Assembly: GCA_043812155.1 (NCBI GenBank)
Contig: JBDRMK010000017.1
Location: 13,824-77,823 of the forward strand
DNA length: 64,000 nt
Reading direction: 5' to 3'
DNA from: Patescibacteria group bacterium
GTDB lineage: Bacteria; Patescibacteriota; Patescibacteriia; JAXHNJ01
Under the pieces are notes generated by a model. That model saw only the letters and a list, made by a program, of their open reading frames with translations. It did no database searches and was not told the origin of the DNA. Each line of letters starts with the position of its first letter. Position 1 is the stretch's first letter. Positions 50,652 to 59,596 of the stretch are shown in pieces. The position numbers and the translations under genes are program-made.

Positions 50652-50745
50652 GGAGAGGTGGCCGAGTGGCTGAAGGCGGCAGGTTGCTAACCTGTTATGC
50701 GGGTTTAAATCCGTATCGCGAGTTCGAATCTCGCCCTCTCCGCCA
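50652..50745 (+). tRNA. tRNA-Ser (anticodon GCT), with encoded CCA
   Basis: Acceptor GGAGAGG/CCTCTCC, anticodon arm GCAGG-TTGCTAA-CCTGT, long variable arm, T-arm GCGAGTTCGAATCTCGC. Confidence 0.85.
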
Positions 50746-50801
50746 ACCTACGCTCCTTTGGAGCTTCGGTTGGCAGGCCTAGGTATATTTATTGGAAAAT
50801 A

Positions 50802-51062
50802 ATGTGGTATGTATATATTTTAAAAAGTAGAAAGTTGAATAATTGGATATATGTGGGTTCAACTAATAAATTGTCCCGAAGAATTAAAGAACATCAAGAG
50901 AGTAAGTGTCTATCGACTAAACCCTATATGCCAATTTATGTAGTTGCTTATATCGCTGTCATTTCTGTAAAAGTAGCTCGATCACTGGAAAAATACTTGA
51001 AAACTGGCTCAGGAAAAGCGATTTTAAAGAAAAGAATTTTAAGCGACGAAACTTTAGTGTAG
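50802..51062 (+). CDS. GIY-YIG nuclease domain protein (mini mobile element cargo)
   Basis: WYVYILKS...YVGSTNKLSRRIKEH, a GIY-YIG motif. Confidence 0.7.
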   Translation: MWYVYILKSRKLNNWIYVGSTNKLSRRIKEHQESKCLSTKPYMPIYVVAYIAVISVKVARSLEKYLKTGSGKAILKKRILSDETLV

Positions 51063-51066
51063 TCGC

Positions 51067-51080
51067 TCTCGCCCTCTCCG
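51067..51080 (+). repeat. 14-nt direct repeat of the tRNA-Ser(GCT) 3' end (TCTCGCCCTCTCCG); a second copy lies at 50729-50742
   Basis: Exact match read from the sequence; the two copies bracket the GIY-YIG ORF. Confidence 0.7.
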
Positions 51081-51116
51081 TTTAAAAAATAAATATTCTT
51101 ATTACTTCCGCGTCAG

Positions 51117-51215
51117 AACGGAGGGGTGCCAGAGCGGTTGAATCCCGTCATTCGGCGGGACAAGTGGGACGGTCTTGCCACCCCGCCGTAGGGGGGTCAC
51201 GCCCGAGGCGGGAAA
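51117..51215 (+). other. GC-rich tRNA-like remnant or unidentified structured RNA
   Basis: The 5' end GGAGGGGTGCCAGAGCGGTTGAA resembles the tRNA-Ser 5' end GGAGAGGTGGCCGAGTGGCTGAA. Long-range pairing GGGGTG...CACCCC. No complete cloverleaf can be drawn. Confidence 0.3.
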
Positions 51216-51236
51216 AACCTTACATAAAATATATCT

Positions 51237-51326
51237 GGTGGGATGGCTGAGTGGCTGAAGGCGCTGGTCTTGAAAACCAGAGTCGCTGCAAGGCGACCGC
51301 AGGTTCAAATCCTGCTCCCACCGCCA
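51237..51326 (+). tRNA. tRNA-Ser (anticodon TGA), with encoded CCA
   Basis: Acceptor GGTGGGA/TCCCACC, anticodon arm CTGGT-CTTGAAA-ACCAG, long variable arm GTCGCTGCAAGGCGAC, T-arm GCAGGTTCAAATCCTGC. Confidence 0.85.
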
Positions 51327-51362
51327 TCAATATTAAATAATATAAATAAGAGGAATAAATTT

Positions 51363-51863
51363 ATGCCCGAAGAACAAAAAAAAGAAATAGACCACGGCGA
51401 AACGCTCGCGACTTGGACTTTCCCGGAATTTACCGCCCACCAAAGGGGCAAGGTTTGGTATGTTTCCATAATCATCATTTGCGCCGCGGCTCTGATCTGG
51501 TCGCTTTTTACCGCCAATTATCTTTTTTCTCTTATTATCATCATTATCGGCTTTATATTGGTCCTGCAAAACCGCCAAAAAGCCAGTCTTCTTTCCTGTC
51601 AGATCAAAGAAGACGGCCTGGAAGTCGGGCGCAACTTCTATAATTTTAAGGATATAAAAAAATTCTATATCATCTACCAGCCGCCGGAAGTAAAAACTCT
51701 TTATTTTGATTTTAAAAACACGCTTCGCCCGACCCTGCCTCTCCCCTTACAAGACCAAAATCCTTTGAAAGTCCGCGAAATCCTGAAAAAATATCTGGAA
51801 GAAGACCTGGAAAAAGAGGAAGAGCCGGCTTCCGACGCTATTACCCGCTCGCTGAAGATATAG
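51363..51863 (+). CDS. Hypothetical membrane protein
   Basis: Start chosen at MPEEQKKEIDHGE; the listed ORF start overlaps tRNA-Ser. Two TM helices. Confidence 0.45.
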   Translation: MPEEQKKEIDHGETLATWTFPEFTAHQRGKVWYVSIIIICAAALIWSLFTANYLFSLIIIIIGFILVLQNRQKASLLSCQIKEDGLEVGRNFYNFKDIKKFYIIYQPPEVKTLYFDFKNTLRPTLPLPLQDQNPLKVREILKKYLEEDLEKEEEPASDAITRSLKI

Positions 51864-51965
51864 GTTGAACTGTTGAAATTGTTAAAAATGTTAAAGATGT
51901 TGATTTGCTTGTGATATTATTTTAAAATAACTTCAACAATTTTAACAATTCAACAACTTTCTGCC
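51864..51965. repeat. Imperfect inverted repeat built from GTTGAA/TTCAAC-type units
   Basis: GTTGAACTGTTGAAATTGTTAAAAATGTTAAAGATGTTGA ... AACTTCAACAATTTTAACAATTCAACAAC. A related tract lies at 30361-30400. Confidence 0.4.
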
Positions 51966-51974
51966 ACCACCCCT

Positions 51975-52046
51975 GCCCTCGTCGTTCAACGGATAGGACG
52001 CAGGATTGCGGATCCTGCAATAGAGGTTCGATTCCCCTCGAGGGCA
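51975..52046 (+). tRNA. tRNA-Arg with unusual anticodon GCG (one A-C mismatch in the T-stem)
   Basis: Acceptor GCCCTCG/CGAGGGC, D-arm GTTC-AACGGATA-GGAC, anticodon arm CAGGA-TTGCGGA-TCCTG, T-arm AGAGG-TTCGATT-CCCCT, discriminator A. Confidence 0.55.
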
Positions 52047-52211
52047 TAGGCGGCGGCGGATAAATATGAGATGCCGTTATTACCCTTGACGGTATTATTA
52101 AGTTATTTGACAAAAATAGCTATCTTTGGTTAAATACTTTCATCGATAATTGTTACGGCTTTCCGAAAAAAGCCGAAAGTTCGTTTCACTTGCTGGACTT
52201 AGGAGGTTGAC

Positions 52212-53477
52212 ATGACAAGAAGTCCAGTCATCGAAAGATTCCTGTCTTTGGTCGGTTTCGACACCCAATCGGTGGAAACCGCTCCTGGTCAGGAAGCTCG
52301 ACATCCGTCAAGCCCAGGCCAAGAGGTTCTGGCGACACACATCAAGGAGCAGATCGCCTCTTTCCCGGGTTTCCAACCGGAAATGCTTACCATTTTCGCC
52401 GACGGATCATTCGTTGTCCAGATACCGGCTTCCCAGGGCTTTGAAGGGAAACCGCACGTCGCCTTCGCGGCCCACCTCGACACGTACTACAACTTCTCCG
52501 GCGCAACCAAGCCGATCATCCGCGTGAACTACTCCGGAGGAGACATCACGCTTCCCAACGGCGGAACGGTCATCACGGCGGAAGATCTAAAAGGCCTGGA
52601 AGGCAAGACTATCATCACGAGCGACGGAGGAAGCGTGCTCGGTTCGGATGACAAGGCTGGGGTCGCCGCCATCATCGAAGTCCTCAAGCAGATCCTTGAA
52701 GGCAATGGCGGTTCGCATGGGCCGCTCACTTTCTGGTTCTGCGTGGACGAGGAGATCGGGCAACTGGACATCTCTGTCCTGCCCGAGGATCTCGTGAAAT
52801 CCTGGGCCATCCTCTGGACGGTCGACGGATCGGAAGTCGGTAAGATCGACATCGGCTGCTTCGTCTGCCGGAAGATCTTCGCCACCTTCAAGGGCGTCGA
52901 CAGCCATCCCGGCGAGTACGGAAAGAAACTCAAACCCGCTCACTACGCGGCGATCTGGCTGGCGGCGGCTATCGGCACAGACGGCCAGTACCTCACCCCA
53001 ATGGAAACCAGCGGTCTCGAATCGTTCCACTATGTCACCTCCATCGAGGGAAACGCTTCCAAGGCCACGGTCATCCTCGTCCCCAGGACTTTCGATAAGG
53101 ATGAGTCCGAAGAGATGGCCAAGGAAATCCGCGAGCTGGCCGAGCGGGCCGCCACGGAATACGGGGTCGAATTCACCTTCGAGGACAAGCTGATGTGCGG
53201 CAACACGGTGGAGGGGATCGAGGCGAACCGTCCGCTCGTTCAGGTCGGCGTCAACGCGCACGAAGGCCAGGGATTCGAGGTCATCGAGCACCAGTGCCGT
53301 GGCGGCACGGATGGCGCCATGATCAACATGAAGTATCCGGATCTGCCCGCTCCCAACATGGGTCACGGCGGCCGCCTTTTCCACGGTCCCAGCGAGTTCC
53401 TCGTCGTCGAGGAGCTGGAAGCGGTTCCGAACATTATCATGGACATGATCGCAGAATACGCCGTGTTTGCCGAGTAA
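52212..53477 (+). CDS. M20-family metallopeptidase, peptidase T-like (GC-rich, probably horizontally acquired)
   Basis: AHLDTY (HxD) and GSDDKAGVAAI (M20 GxDDKxG motif). GC is about 58% with strong GC3 bias, unlike the flanking genes. SD AGGAGG. Terminator CTGGGAGAA-acctt-TTCTCCCAG-TTTTTTT at about 53510-53540. Confidence 0.6.
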   Translation: MTRSPVIERFLSLVGFDTQSVETAPGQEARHPSSPGQEVLATHIKEQIASFPGFQPEMLTIFADGSFVVQIPASQGFEGKPHVAFAAHLDTYYNFSGATKPIIRVNYSGGDITLPNGGTVITAEDLKGLEGKTIITSDGGSVLGSDDKAGVAAIIEVLKQILEGNGGSHGPLTFWFCVDEEIGQLDISVLPEDLVKSWAILWTVDGSEVGKIDIGCFVCRKIFATFKGVDSHPGEYGKKLKPAHYAAIWLAAAIGTDGQYLTPMETSGLESFHYVTSIEGNASKATVILVPRTFDKDESEEMAKEIRELAERAATEYGVEFTFEDKLMCGNTVEGIEANRPLVQVGVNAHEGQGFEVIEHQCRGGTDGAMINMKYPDLPAPNMGHGGRLFHGPSEFLVVEELEAVPNIIMDMIAEYAVFAE

Positions 53478-53730
53478 ACAAACAACGGCAAGTTAGGAGG
53501 AATCAAACACACTGGGAGAAACCTTTTCTCCCAGTTTTTTTATTTATTAATATTTGATATAATATAAAAGTACCTTTTTCTTCTTAAGATTATCCGGAAA
53601 GGGGTGTCCAAGAAAGAAATAGAAGGGGGGTGATAAGCGCACCACTGTTAGTGACAGGATAATCTTTAAGAAGAAACCAGTCGTGTAAATTTGGCTTTTC
53701 CACAGGGGAAACACGGAGGTAGTACTTTAT

Positions 53731-53829
53731 ATGAATGGACTCAACCTGAAGGCCAGTGATATCAAGGACGCAAGCCAGAGCAAGAAGATGAACGGCGCGC
53801 CCCTCGATGCAGAGGGCAGCTTGGCCTAG
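53731..53829 (+). other. Small 32-aa ORF with its own SD and terminator (MNGLNLKASDIKDASQSKKMNGAPLDAEGSLA)
   Basis: GGAGG 8 nt upstream. Followed by AGGGTGCC-ccaacagtggc-GGCACCCT-TTTTTTT at about 53885-53920. Preceded by the inverted repeat AAGATTATCC...GGATAATCTT (53588-53665). Confidence 0.25.
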
Positions 53830-53949
53830 GACGTCGCGATTGTCCTTAAAGCCATAGCACTGAATAACGCGTCAAGCAGTAGAAAGGGTGCCCCAACAGT
53901 GGCGGCACCCTCTTTTTTTATTCATTTTTAAATTACACTTTCTAATTTT

Positions 53950-53972
53950 CCTAGCCACTTCAGTGGCGTAAG
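53950..53972 (-). repeat. REP-like module 1 copy (reverse orientation)
   Basis: The reverse complement reads ACGCCACTGAAGTGGCTAGG, matching the GGACGCCACTGAAGTGGCTATGAAG family. Confidence 0.55.
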
Positions 53973-54081
53973 CCAGGGAAAACTAACCCGACTGAAGTCG
54001 GTTTGAAGGTTTGAACCGGGACTAGGCGGATTTAGGAATCCGCCCTTCTCCCAAAAATAAGATATGTGCTAAAATTAAAGC

Positions 54082-56154
54082 ATGCTCACCCTTAATTCCG
54101 ATATTTCCGAAATCCCGAAAGTCGGGCCGGCCATGGCTAAAAGAATCAAATCTTTAGGCCTGGAGAGCGTTTCCGACCTGCTTTTTTATTTCCCCTACCG
54201 CTGGGAAGATTTTTCGCAAATTATAAAAGTCAACCAGGTGCGGCCGCATGAGATCTGCACTATCCGCGGCAAGGTCCAGCTCATTACCGGCCGCCGCAGT
54301 TTCCGAAGGAGAAGGATGTTCATCACGGAAAGCCTGGTGGCGGACGACACCGGCTCGATCAAAGTCATCTGGTTCAACCAGCCGTACCTTTCAAAAATTT
54401 TAAAAACCGGCGATGAGATCATCTTGTCCGGCAAAGTGACGATGGATTATCTGACCCCGGAATTTACTTCCCCGTCTTTTGAAAAAGTGAAAAAAGAGCA
54501 GACGCATACCGGCCGGATCGTGCCGGTCTATTCCCTGACGGCCGGAATTTCCCAGCGGCAGATGCGATTTTTCCTTAAAACCGTCCTGCCATTGGCAAAA
54601 AATATAACCGATTTTCTTCCGGCGGAAATCATCAGATCAAACCGCTTAATGCCGCTTTCTTTGGCCTTAAAACAGATCCACTTCCCTGACCGCCATGAAA
54701 TACTTTCAAAAGCGGCCCAGCGGCTTAAATTTGACGAGCTGTTTCTAATCCAAGCGCAGGTATTGCAGAATAAAATGTATCTTGATAAAGCGAAGGCTCC
54801 GAAAGTGAAATTCCTGGAAAGTGTTTCCCAGGAATTCGTCAAATCCCTTCCGTTCAAACTGACTAACAGCCAAAAAAAGACGGCCTGGCAGATCCTGCGC
54901 GACCTGGAAAAACCAAGCCCCATGAACCGGTTGCTTTCCGGCGATGTCGGCTCCGGCAAGACCATTGTCGCGGTCATGGCCATTTTAAATACAGTCAGAA
55001 ACGGCTTTCAGGCCGCGTATATGGCCCCCACGGAGATCCTGGCCCGCCAGCATTTTGAAAAAATAAGAATGTTCTTAAAACCGTTCCGCGTAAAAACCGC
55101 CCTGCTTACCCGTAGTTTTAGGGAAAGCGGCGGCAGAAAAATAAGTAAATCCGATTTGATGAAGAAAATAAAAAATGGCGGGGTTGAATTGATCATCGGC
55201 ACACACGCCCTGATCCAGGAAGAAGTTAACTTTAAAAATCTGGCCCTGGTGATCATTGATGAACAGCACCGGTTCGGCGTGGCCCAAAGAAAATCTCTAC
55301 GGGAAAAATTCTCAACCGAACATAAATTAATTTCCCATCTCTTATCCATGACCGCCACGCCGATCCCCCGAAGCCTGGCCCTGACGGTTTACGGCGACCT
55401 TGATTTATCTATAATTTCCGAGATGCCTGCCGGACGCAAAAAAATATTAACCAAAGTGGTCAACCCGGAAAAACGAATTAAAGCCTATGATTTCCTGCGA
55501 AAACAAATTAACGACGGCCGGCAGATTTTCGTCATTTGTCCTTTGATCGAACCCTCGGATAAATTAGGCGTCAGATCCGTCAAGCAGGAGTATGAAAAGC
55601 TGAAAAACGAAATATTTGCCGATCTGAAGATCAGCCTGATACATGGCAAGCTAAAATCGGCGGAAAAAGAAAAAGTGATGAATGATTTTAAAAACAATAA
55701 AATAAATATACTGGTTTCCACTTCGGTAATTGAAGTCGGCATTGATATCCCTAATGCCACGGTAATGATGATCGAAGGGACGGAGCGTTTCGGTCTGGCC
55801 CAACTGCATCAGTTCCGGGGCCGGGTCGGCCGAAGCAGTCATCAATCCTATTGTTTTCTTTTTACGGAAAGCGACAGCCCGAAAACGATCGAACGGCTGG
55901 CCGCTTTGGAAAGATCAAACGACGGCTTTTACCTGGCGGAATTTGATCTGAAAACCCGCGGCCCGGGGGATTTCACCGGAATAAGACAATCTGGTTTACC
56001 AGACTTCCGTATGGCCTCGCTGTCTGACGTCAATTTGATCGCCCAGACCCGGGCCGCGGCCAAAGCCTTAATTGAAAATGATCCGGAATTAAATAATTAT
56101 CCCCTACTTAAGCAAAAAATAGGCGACTGGCAAAAAGAGATGCACGGAGAATGA
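54082..56154 (+). CDS. recG: ATP-dependent DNA helicase RecG
   Basis: 690 aa with an N-terminal wedge, SF2 helicase motifs GDVGSGKT and DEQHRFG, and TATPIPRSLALTVYGDLDLSII. Confidence 0.92.
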   Translation: MLTLNSDISEIPKVGPAMAKRIKSLGLESVSDLLFYFPYRWEDFSQIIKVNQVRPHEICTIRGKVQLITGRRSFRRRRMFITESLVADDTGSIKVIWFNQPYLSKILKTGDEIILSGKVTMDYLTPEFTSPSFEKVKKEQTHTGRIVPVYSLTAGISQRQMRFFLKTVLPLAKNITDFLPAEIIRSNRLMPLSLALKQIHFPDRHEILSKAAQRLKFDELFLIQAQVLQNKMYLDKAKAPKVKFLESVSQEFVKSLPFKLTNSQKKTAWQILRDLEKPSPMNRLLSGDVGSGKTIVAVMAILNTVRNGFQAAYMAPTEILARQHFEKIRMFLKPFRVKTALLTRSFRESGGRKISKSDLMKKIKNGGVELIIGTHALIQEEVNFKNLALVIIDEQHRFGVAQRKSLREKFSTEHKLISHLLSMTATPIPRSLALTVYGDLDLSIISEMPAGRKKILTKVVNPEKRIKAYDFLRKQINDGRQIFVICPLIEPSDKLGVRSVKQEYEKLKNEIFADLKISLIHGKLKSAEKEKVMNDFKNNKINILVSTSVIEVGIDIPNATVMMIEGTERFGLAQLHQFRGRVGRSSHQSYCFLFTESDSPKTIERLAALERSNDGFYLAEFDLKTRGPGDFTGIRQSGLPDFRMASLSDVNLIAQTRAAAKALIENDPELNNYPLLKQKIGDWQKEMHGE

Positions 56155-56637
56155 AATTAACCCTGAACTCTGAACTTAGAACAAAGGATTTTTTGGCTTA
56201 TCTTAAAGAAATATTTGACTTGAGTTCAGAGTTCTAAGTCCAAAGTTCAAAGTCAACCTTGACAATATTTTCAAAATAGTTTAGGATAAAAAGTACTTTT
56301 GAGCTCATTTTTACACGCTAGTATACGGGGGGAATGGACTCTGACGACGGACCACCTTTGCAGAGGGCTCGAATGGGCTTAGTGGACGCCTGCATACGTT
56401 TGATCAGCTTGAATGGCAGTTCCGGCCGATCATATTGTATTGTAAGCGCTCATATTTGTATGTGAGACCGTCAGATGACGAAATGACCCCCTTTGATCTT
56501 TCCACTAATCCACTCCTTCTTTCCGAAGGAAACTAAAGGCAAAACACCGACTTTATAAAAAGTCAAGGAGGTGACAAATACGTTAATTCTGAATTTTGAG
56601 GTTGTCTGCAAGACCTTACTAAATCGGAGGAACTGCC

Positions 56638-56919
56638 ATGTCCGAGACTTTACTCAAGACACTCGAAGAGTCCGGTTCAACTCATGTTGACGATCTGTTG
56701 GCGAAACGCGCCGCAGAAAGGCGTTCTGAACAACTCAAAATGAGGTCGCTCCGAGTGGTACAGGGGATCGGGATTGAAGATCCCTTGTGCGATACCTGCA
56801 AAGGACCGATAGACCAGCAAAGATGGGAAGCTATTAGGGATCTTCCCAAACGAGACTGCCGTTCCTGCGCTGGTCTACTGCCCCTCCGGAAAAAAGGAGG
56901 GAAGAGAGGAAGGGGTTAA
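56638..56919 (+). CDS. Small hypothetical CxxC protein in a GC-rich islet
   Basis: SD GGAGG. CDTCKG...CRSCAG. Terminator AAGCCCCCA...TGGGGGCTT-TTTTTTT at about 56935-56985. Confidence 0.4.
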   Translation: MSETLLKTLEESGSTHVDDLLAKRAAERRSEQLKMRSLRVVQGIGIEDPLCDTCKGPIDQQRWEAIRDLPKRDCRSCAGLLPLRKKGGKRGRG

Positions 56920-57023
56920 GATCGTTCATTCTATAAGCCCCCAAGCTTTATTACAAGAAGCCACATCATGGGGGCTTCTTTTTTTACGCAAAAAAATCAG
57001 GCCTTACCTGATATTATTTATTA

Positions 57024-58373
57024 TTAATAACCGAATACTTCTTTAATAGCCTCGGGTAAATTTTTGACGCGGACAAGATTTAATTTCGACTGGCCGATTT
57101 TGGCATTCGCACTTAATATCACTTTATTGAATCCCATTTTTTCAATTTCATTCAGCCTTTTGTCGATCTGGGAAACCGTGCGGATCTCCCCGCCCAAACC
57201 GATTTCGCCCAAGACGACTGTTTTTTCCGGAATGATCTTATTTTTAAAAGCCGAAGCGATAGCCAAAGCCACGGCCAGATCCACGGCCGGTTCGGTCACT
57301 TTAAAGCCGCCGACCACGTTGACATAAATATCCTGGTTGCCCAAAGACAAGCCGCAGCGCTTGGCTAAGACCGCGATGATCATTTGCAGCCGGTTGTAAT
57401 CCACGCCATTGGCTGTTCTTCTCGGCAGGCCAAAAACCGTGGTATTGACCAAAGCCTGGATCTCCACTAAAAAAGACCGCGAGCCTTCCAAAATGGCGGC
57501 CACGCAGGAACCGGCGGATTTCTGCCGTTCCGCCAGGAATACTTCCGAAGGATTTTTTACCTCGATCAAGCCTTCGGCCCGCATGTCAAAAACTCCCACT
57601 TCATTGGTGGAGCCGAAGCGGTTCTTCGTGCTGCGCAAGATCCGGAACGCGTGGTACTTGTCCCCTTCCAGATATAAAACCGCGTCCACCAGATGCTCCA
57701 TGGACTTAGGCCCGGCCAAGACCCCTTCCTTGGTCACGTGGCCGATGATAATAATGGTGATATTGTTTTTTTTGGCCAGCTCCAAAAGTTTCACCGTGCA
57801 GACCCGCACCTGGCCTTGGCTTCCTGCTTCAGATGGCAGATCCTCCCAAAAAATGGTCTGGATGGAATCAATGATCGCCAGTTTAGGCTTAGCCTTGTCC
57901 AAAGTGGCGATAATATTATCAATGTTTGTTTCCGATAAAAACTTCAAATTCCCGGATTTCAGGCCGATCCGGTCCGCCCGCAGCTTGATCTGCTCCGGTG
58001 ATTCTTCCCCGGAAACATAAATGGTTTCGGCGTCCAATAAATTTATCATCTGCAGAACCAGGGTGGATTTGCCGATCCCCGGCTCGCCGGTCATCAAAAC
58101 CAAAGAACCCGGCACCAGGCCGCCGCCTAACACCCGGTCTAATTCGGCTAAGTTAGTCTTGAAACGCTCAACCTCTTTGCCTTCAATTGAACCGAAATCG
58201 GTCAGCTCCCCGACCTGGCCGGCCGTAATCTGCCGGCGGTCCGGAGCCTGCTTTATTTCCGGCGCTAAAGTCCCCCAGGCGCCGCACTCCAGGCACCGGC
58301 CCAGCCATTTAGGGCTTTGGGCTCCGCATTTGCTGCAGGCGTAAACAGTGTTTTTCTTTAACTTATTTTTCAT
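57024..58373 (-). CDS. radA: DNA repair protein RadA/Sms
   Basis: N-terminal zinc finger CSKCGAQSPKWLGRCLECGAWGT, Walker A GEPGIGKSTL, the KNRFG motif and a C-terminal Lon-protease-like domain. Confidence 0.93.
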   Translation of the reverse strand: MKNKLKKNTVYACSKCGAQSPKWLGRCLECGAWGTLAPEIKQAPDRRQITAGQVGELTDFGSIEGKEVERFKTNLAELDRVLGGGLVPGSLVLMTGEPGIGKSTLVLQMINLLDAETIYVSGEESPEQIKLRADRIGLKSGNLKFLSETNIDNIIATLDKAKPKLAIIDSIQTIFWEDLPSEAGSQGQVRVCTVKLLELAKKNNITIIIIGHVTKEGVLAGPKSMEHLVDAVLYLEGDKYHAFRILRSTKNRFGSTNEVGVFDMRAEGLIEVKNPSEVFLAERQKSAGSCVAAILEGSRSFLVEIQALVNTTVFGLPRRTANGVDYNRLQMIIAVLAKRCGLSLGNQDIYVNVVGGFKVTEPAVDLAVALAIASAFKNKIIPEKTVVLGEIGLGGEIRTVSQIDKRLNEIEKMGFNKVILSANAKIGQSKLNLVRVKNLPEAIKEVFGY

Positions 58374-58381
58374 ATCAGATA

Positions 58382-59596
58382 TTATAGGCTGGGAGTGTTA
58401 TAAACGCCCGGCGGGCAAGGAGTGGAAATACGTATCGCCTCAAAATGCCACCACTCCCCGCAATAGCGATAAAAACCCGCTTTCTGCATGACTTTCTGTA
58501 AAATAGTCTGGGGACCGTAGTCCGGACTGCTCATTGGGGCATTGTTTATCGTGGATAATTTTGTGCATGATGAATCATCATTACCAATTTTATAACATAA
58601 GTCTACGGCCAGACCGCTGACATGCGGCGATTCACAGCTAGGTTTGGCCGCCGGGCTGCAATTACCGATCTTTTTACATTCTTCTGAACAGCCTAAGCCC
58701 TTGTATTGCTCATAACAATCATAAAGTTTTTGCTGTAATTCCAGGGGGCGCCAAGCGCTCATGACCACTATCTTCATGTTTTGTTTTATCAATTCCTTGG
58801 CGGCTTTATCCAGCATAGGAATGACTTGGCTGCGGATTTGGCAGTCACCAGAACATCTACTGCTAATTTCAATGTAATCTTTATTGATATAATCACTTAT
58901 TTTAACCATCTCGCTGTCGGTGGGACATTGACTGATAGATATCGCTTCTTTTTCTAATAATTCCCGGGGGATGATATTCAGCGAAATAGTGCTCCATTTA
59001 ACCAAACCGGGGTTTATGGCGTAAAGCAGAACATAGGCGGTTAAAGTCAGTACCAAGCCGATTAAGGCCCCGTTCATGGTGGATTTGGCTTTTTCAATCC
59101 GGCTGGCATTGCCCGAGGCGGTGACCCATTGAAAACCGGAAAAAAGGATCATCACAGTGGCCAAAATGCCGGCCGCGGCGGCGAAATAACGGTAAAAAGC
59201 GGATATATATTCTCCAATAGTGTTGCCGGTCACTTCTTTTGCCCCTTCAAAACCCGGTAAAGGCTGCTGAAGAGTAATTTTGCCAACACCCAGTGTCTCC
59301 GCCGCCGGCTGACCTTTCGCAATACAAAAAATCTGTGATTTAACCGGGTCAGACTGCAAACAACAATAAGAGGCGGCGCAATCGCAGACAATTTTTTCGG
59401 TATATTTATCGCCGCAAAGATTATTGACGCAAGAAACAGGGTAATAATCCATAGTTGGAGGATCACAAGCCTTTAAAACCCCGTAATCCGGATCAATGAT
59501 GACTTCCTGGGCATGAATTGGCGGTGGAAATAAAAATACTGCCAATCCTAAAACTAAGAGAAAAAAGAAAATATCTATTTTTATTGTCTTACGCAT
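58382..59596 (-). CDS. Mosaic envelope protein: signal peptide, Cys-rich domain, conserved 2-TM hairpin core, and C-terminal M15 (VanY/LAS-type) D,D-peptidase-like domain
   Basis: The C-terminal region has SPHVSGLAVDL (SxHxxGxAxD) and EWWHFE (ExxH), LAS metallopeptidase signatures. The central block IGEYISAFYRYFAAAAGILATVMILFSGFQWVTASGNASRIEKAKSTMNGALIGLVLTLTAY is shared with the 61485-62813 ORF. Confidence 0.55.
   Translation of the reverse strand: MRKTIKIDIFFFLLVLGLAVFLFPPPIHAQEVIIDPDYGVLKACDPPTMDYYPVSCVNNLCGDKYTEKIVCDCAASYCCLQSDPVKSQIFCIAKGQPAAETLGVGKITLQQPLPGFEGAKEVTGNTIGEYISAFYRYFAAAAGILATVMILFSGFQWVTASGNASRIEKAKSTMNGALIGLVLTLTAYVLLYAINPGLVKWSTISLNIIPRELLEKEAISISQCPTDSEMVKISDYINKDYIEISSRCSGDCQIRSQVIPMLDKAAKELIKQNMKIVVMSAWRPLELQQKLYDCYEQYKGLGCSEECKKIGNCSPAAKPSCESPHVSGLAVDLCYKIGNDDSSCTKLSTINNAPMSSPDYGPQTILQKVMQKAGFYRYCGEWWHFEAIRISTPCPPGVYNTPSL

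Noticed and set aside
51102-51308. 68-aa minus-strand ORF
   Set aside because: It lies across the tRNA-like remnant and tRNA-Ser(TGA) and is GC-rich because of the RNA genes.
51243-51362. 5' extension of the 51243-51863 ORF
   Set aside because: It overlaps tRNA-Ser(TGA). An internal start at 51363 is preferred.
51922-52113. 63-aa minus-strand ORF
   Set aside because: It overlaps tRNA-Arg(GCG).
52587-53384. 265-aa minus-strand ORF inside the M20 peptidase gene
   Set aside because: Typical shadow ORF in a GC-rich, GC3-biased gene. No SD, and it overlaps a well-supported plus-strand CDS with clear family motifs.
56280-56640. RNase P RNA
   Set aside because: The size fits, but the conserved GGAAAGUCCGGGCUCC and ACAGAANCCGGCUUA elements are not recognisable. 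Reported only as an unidentified candidate ncRNA.
57409-58020. 203-aa plus-strand ORF inside radA
   Set aside because: Antisense to RadA.
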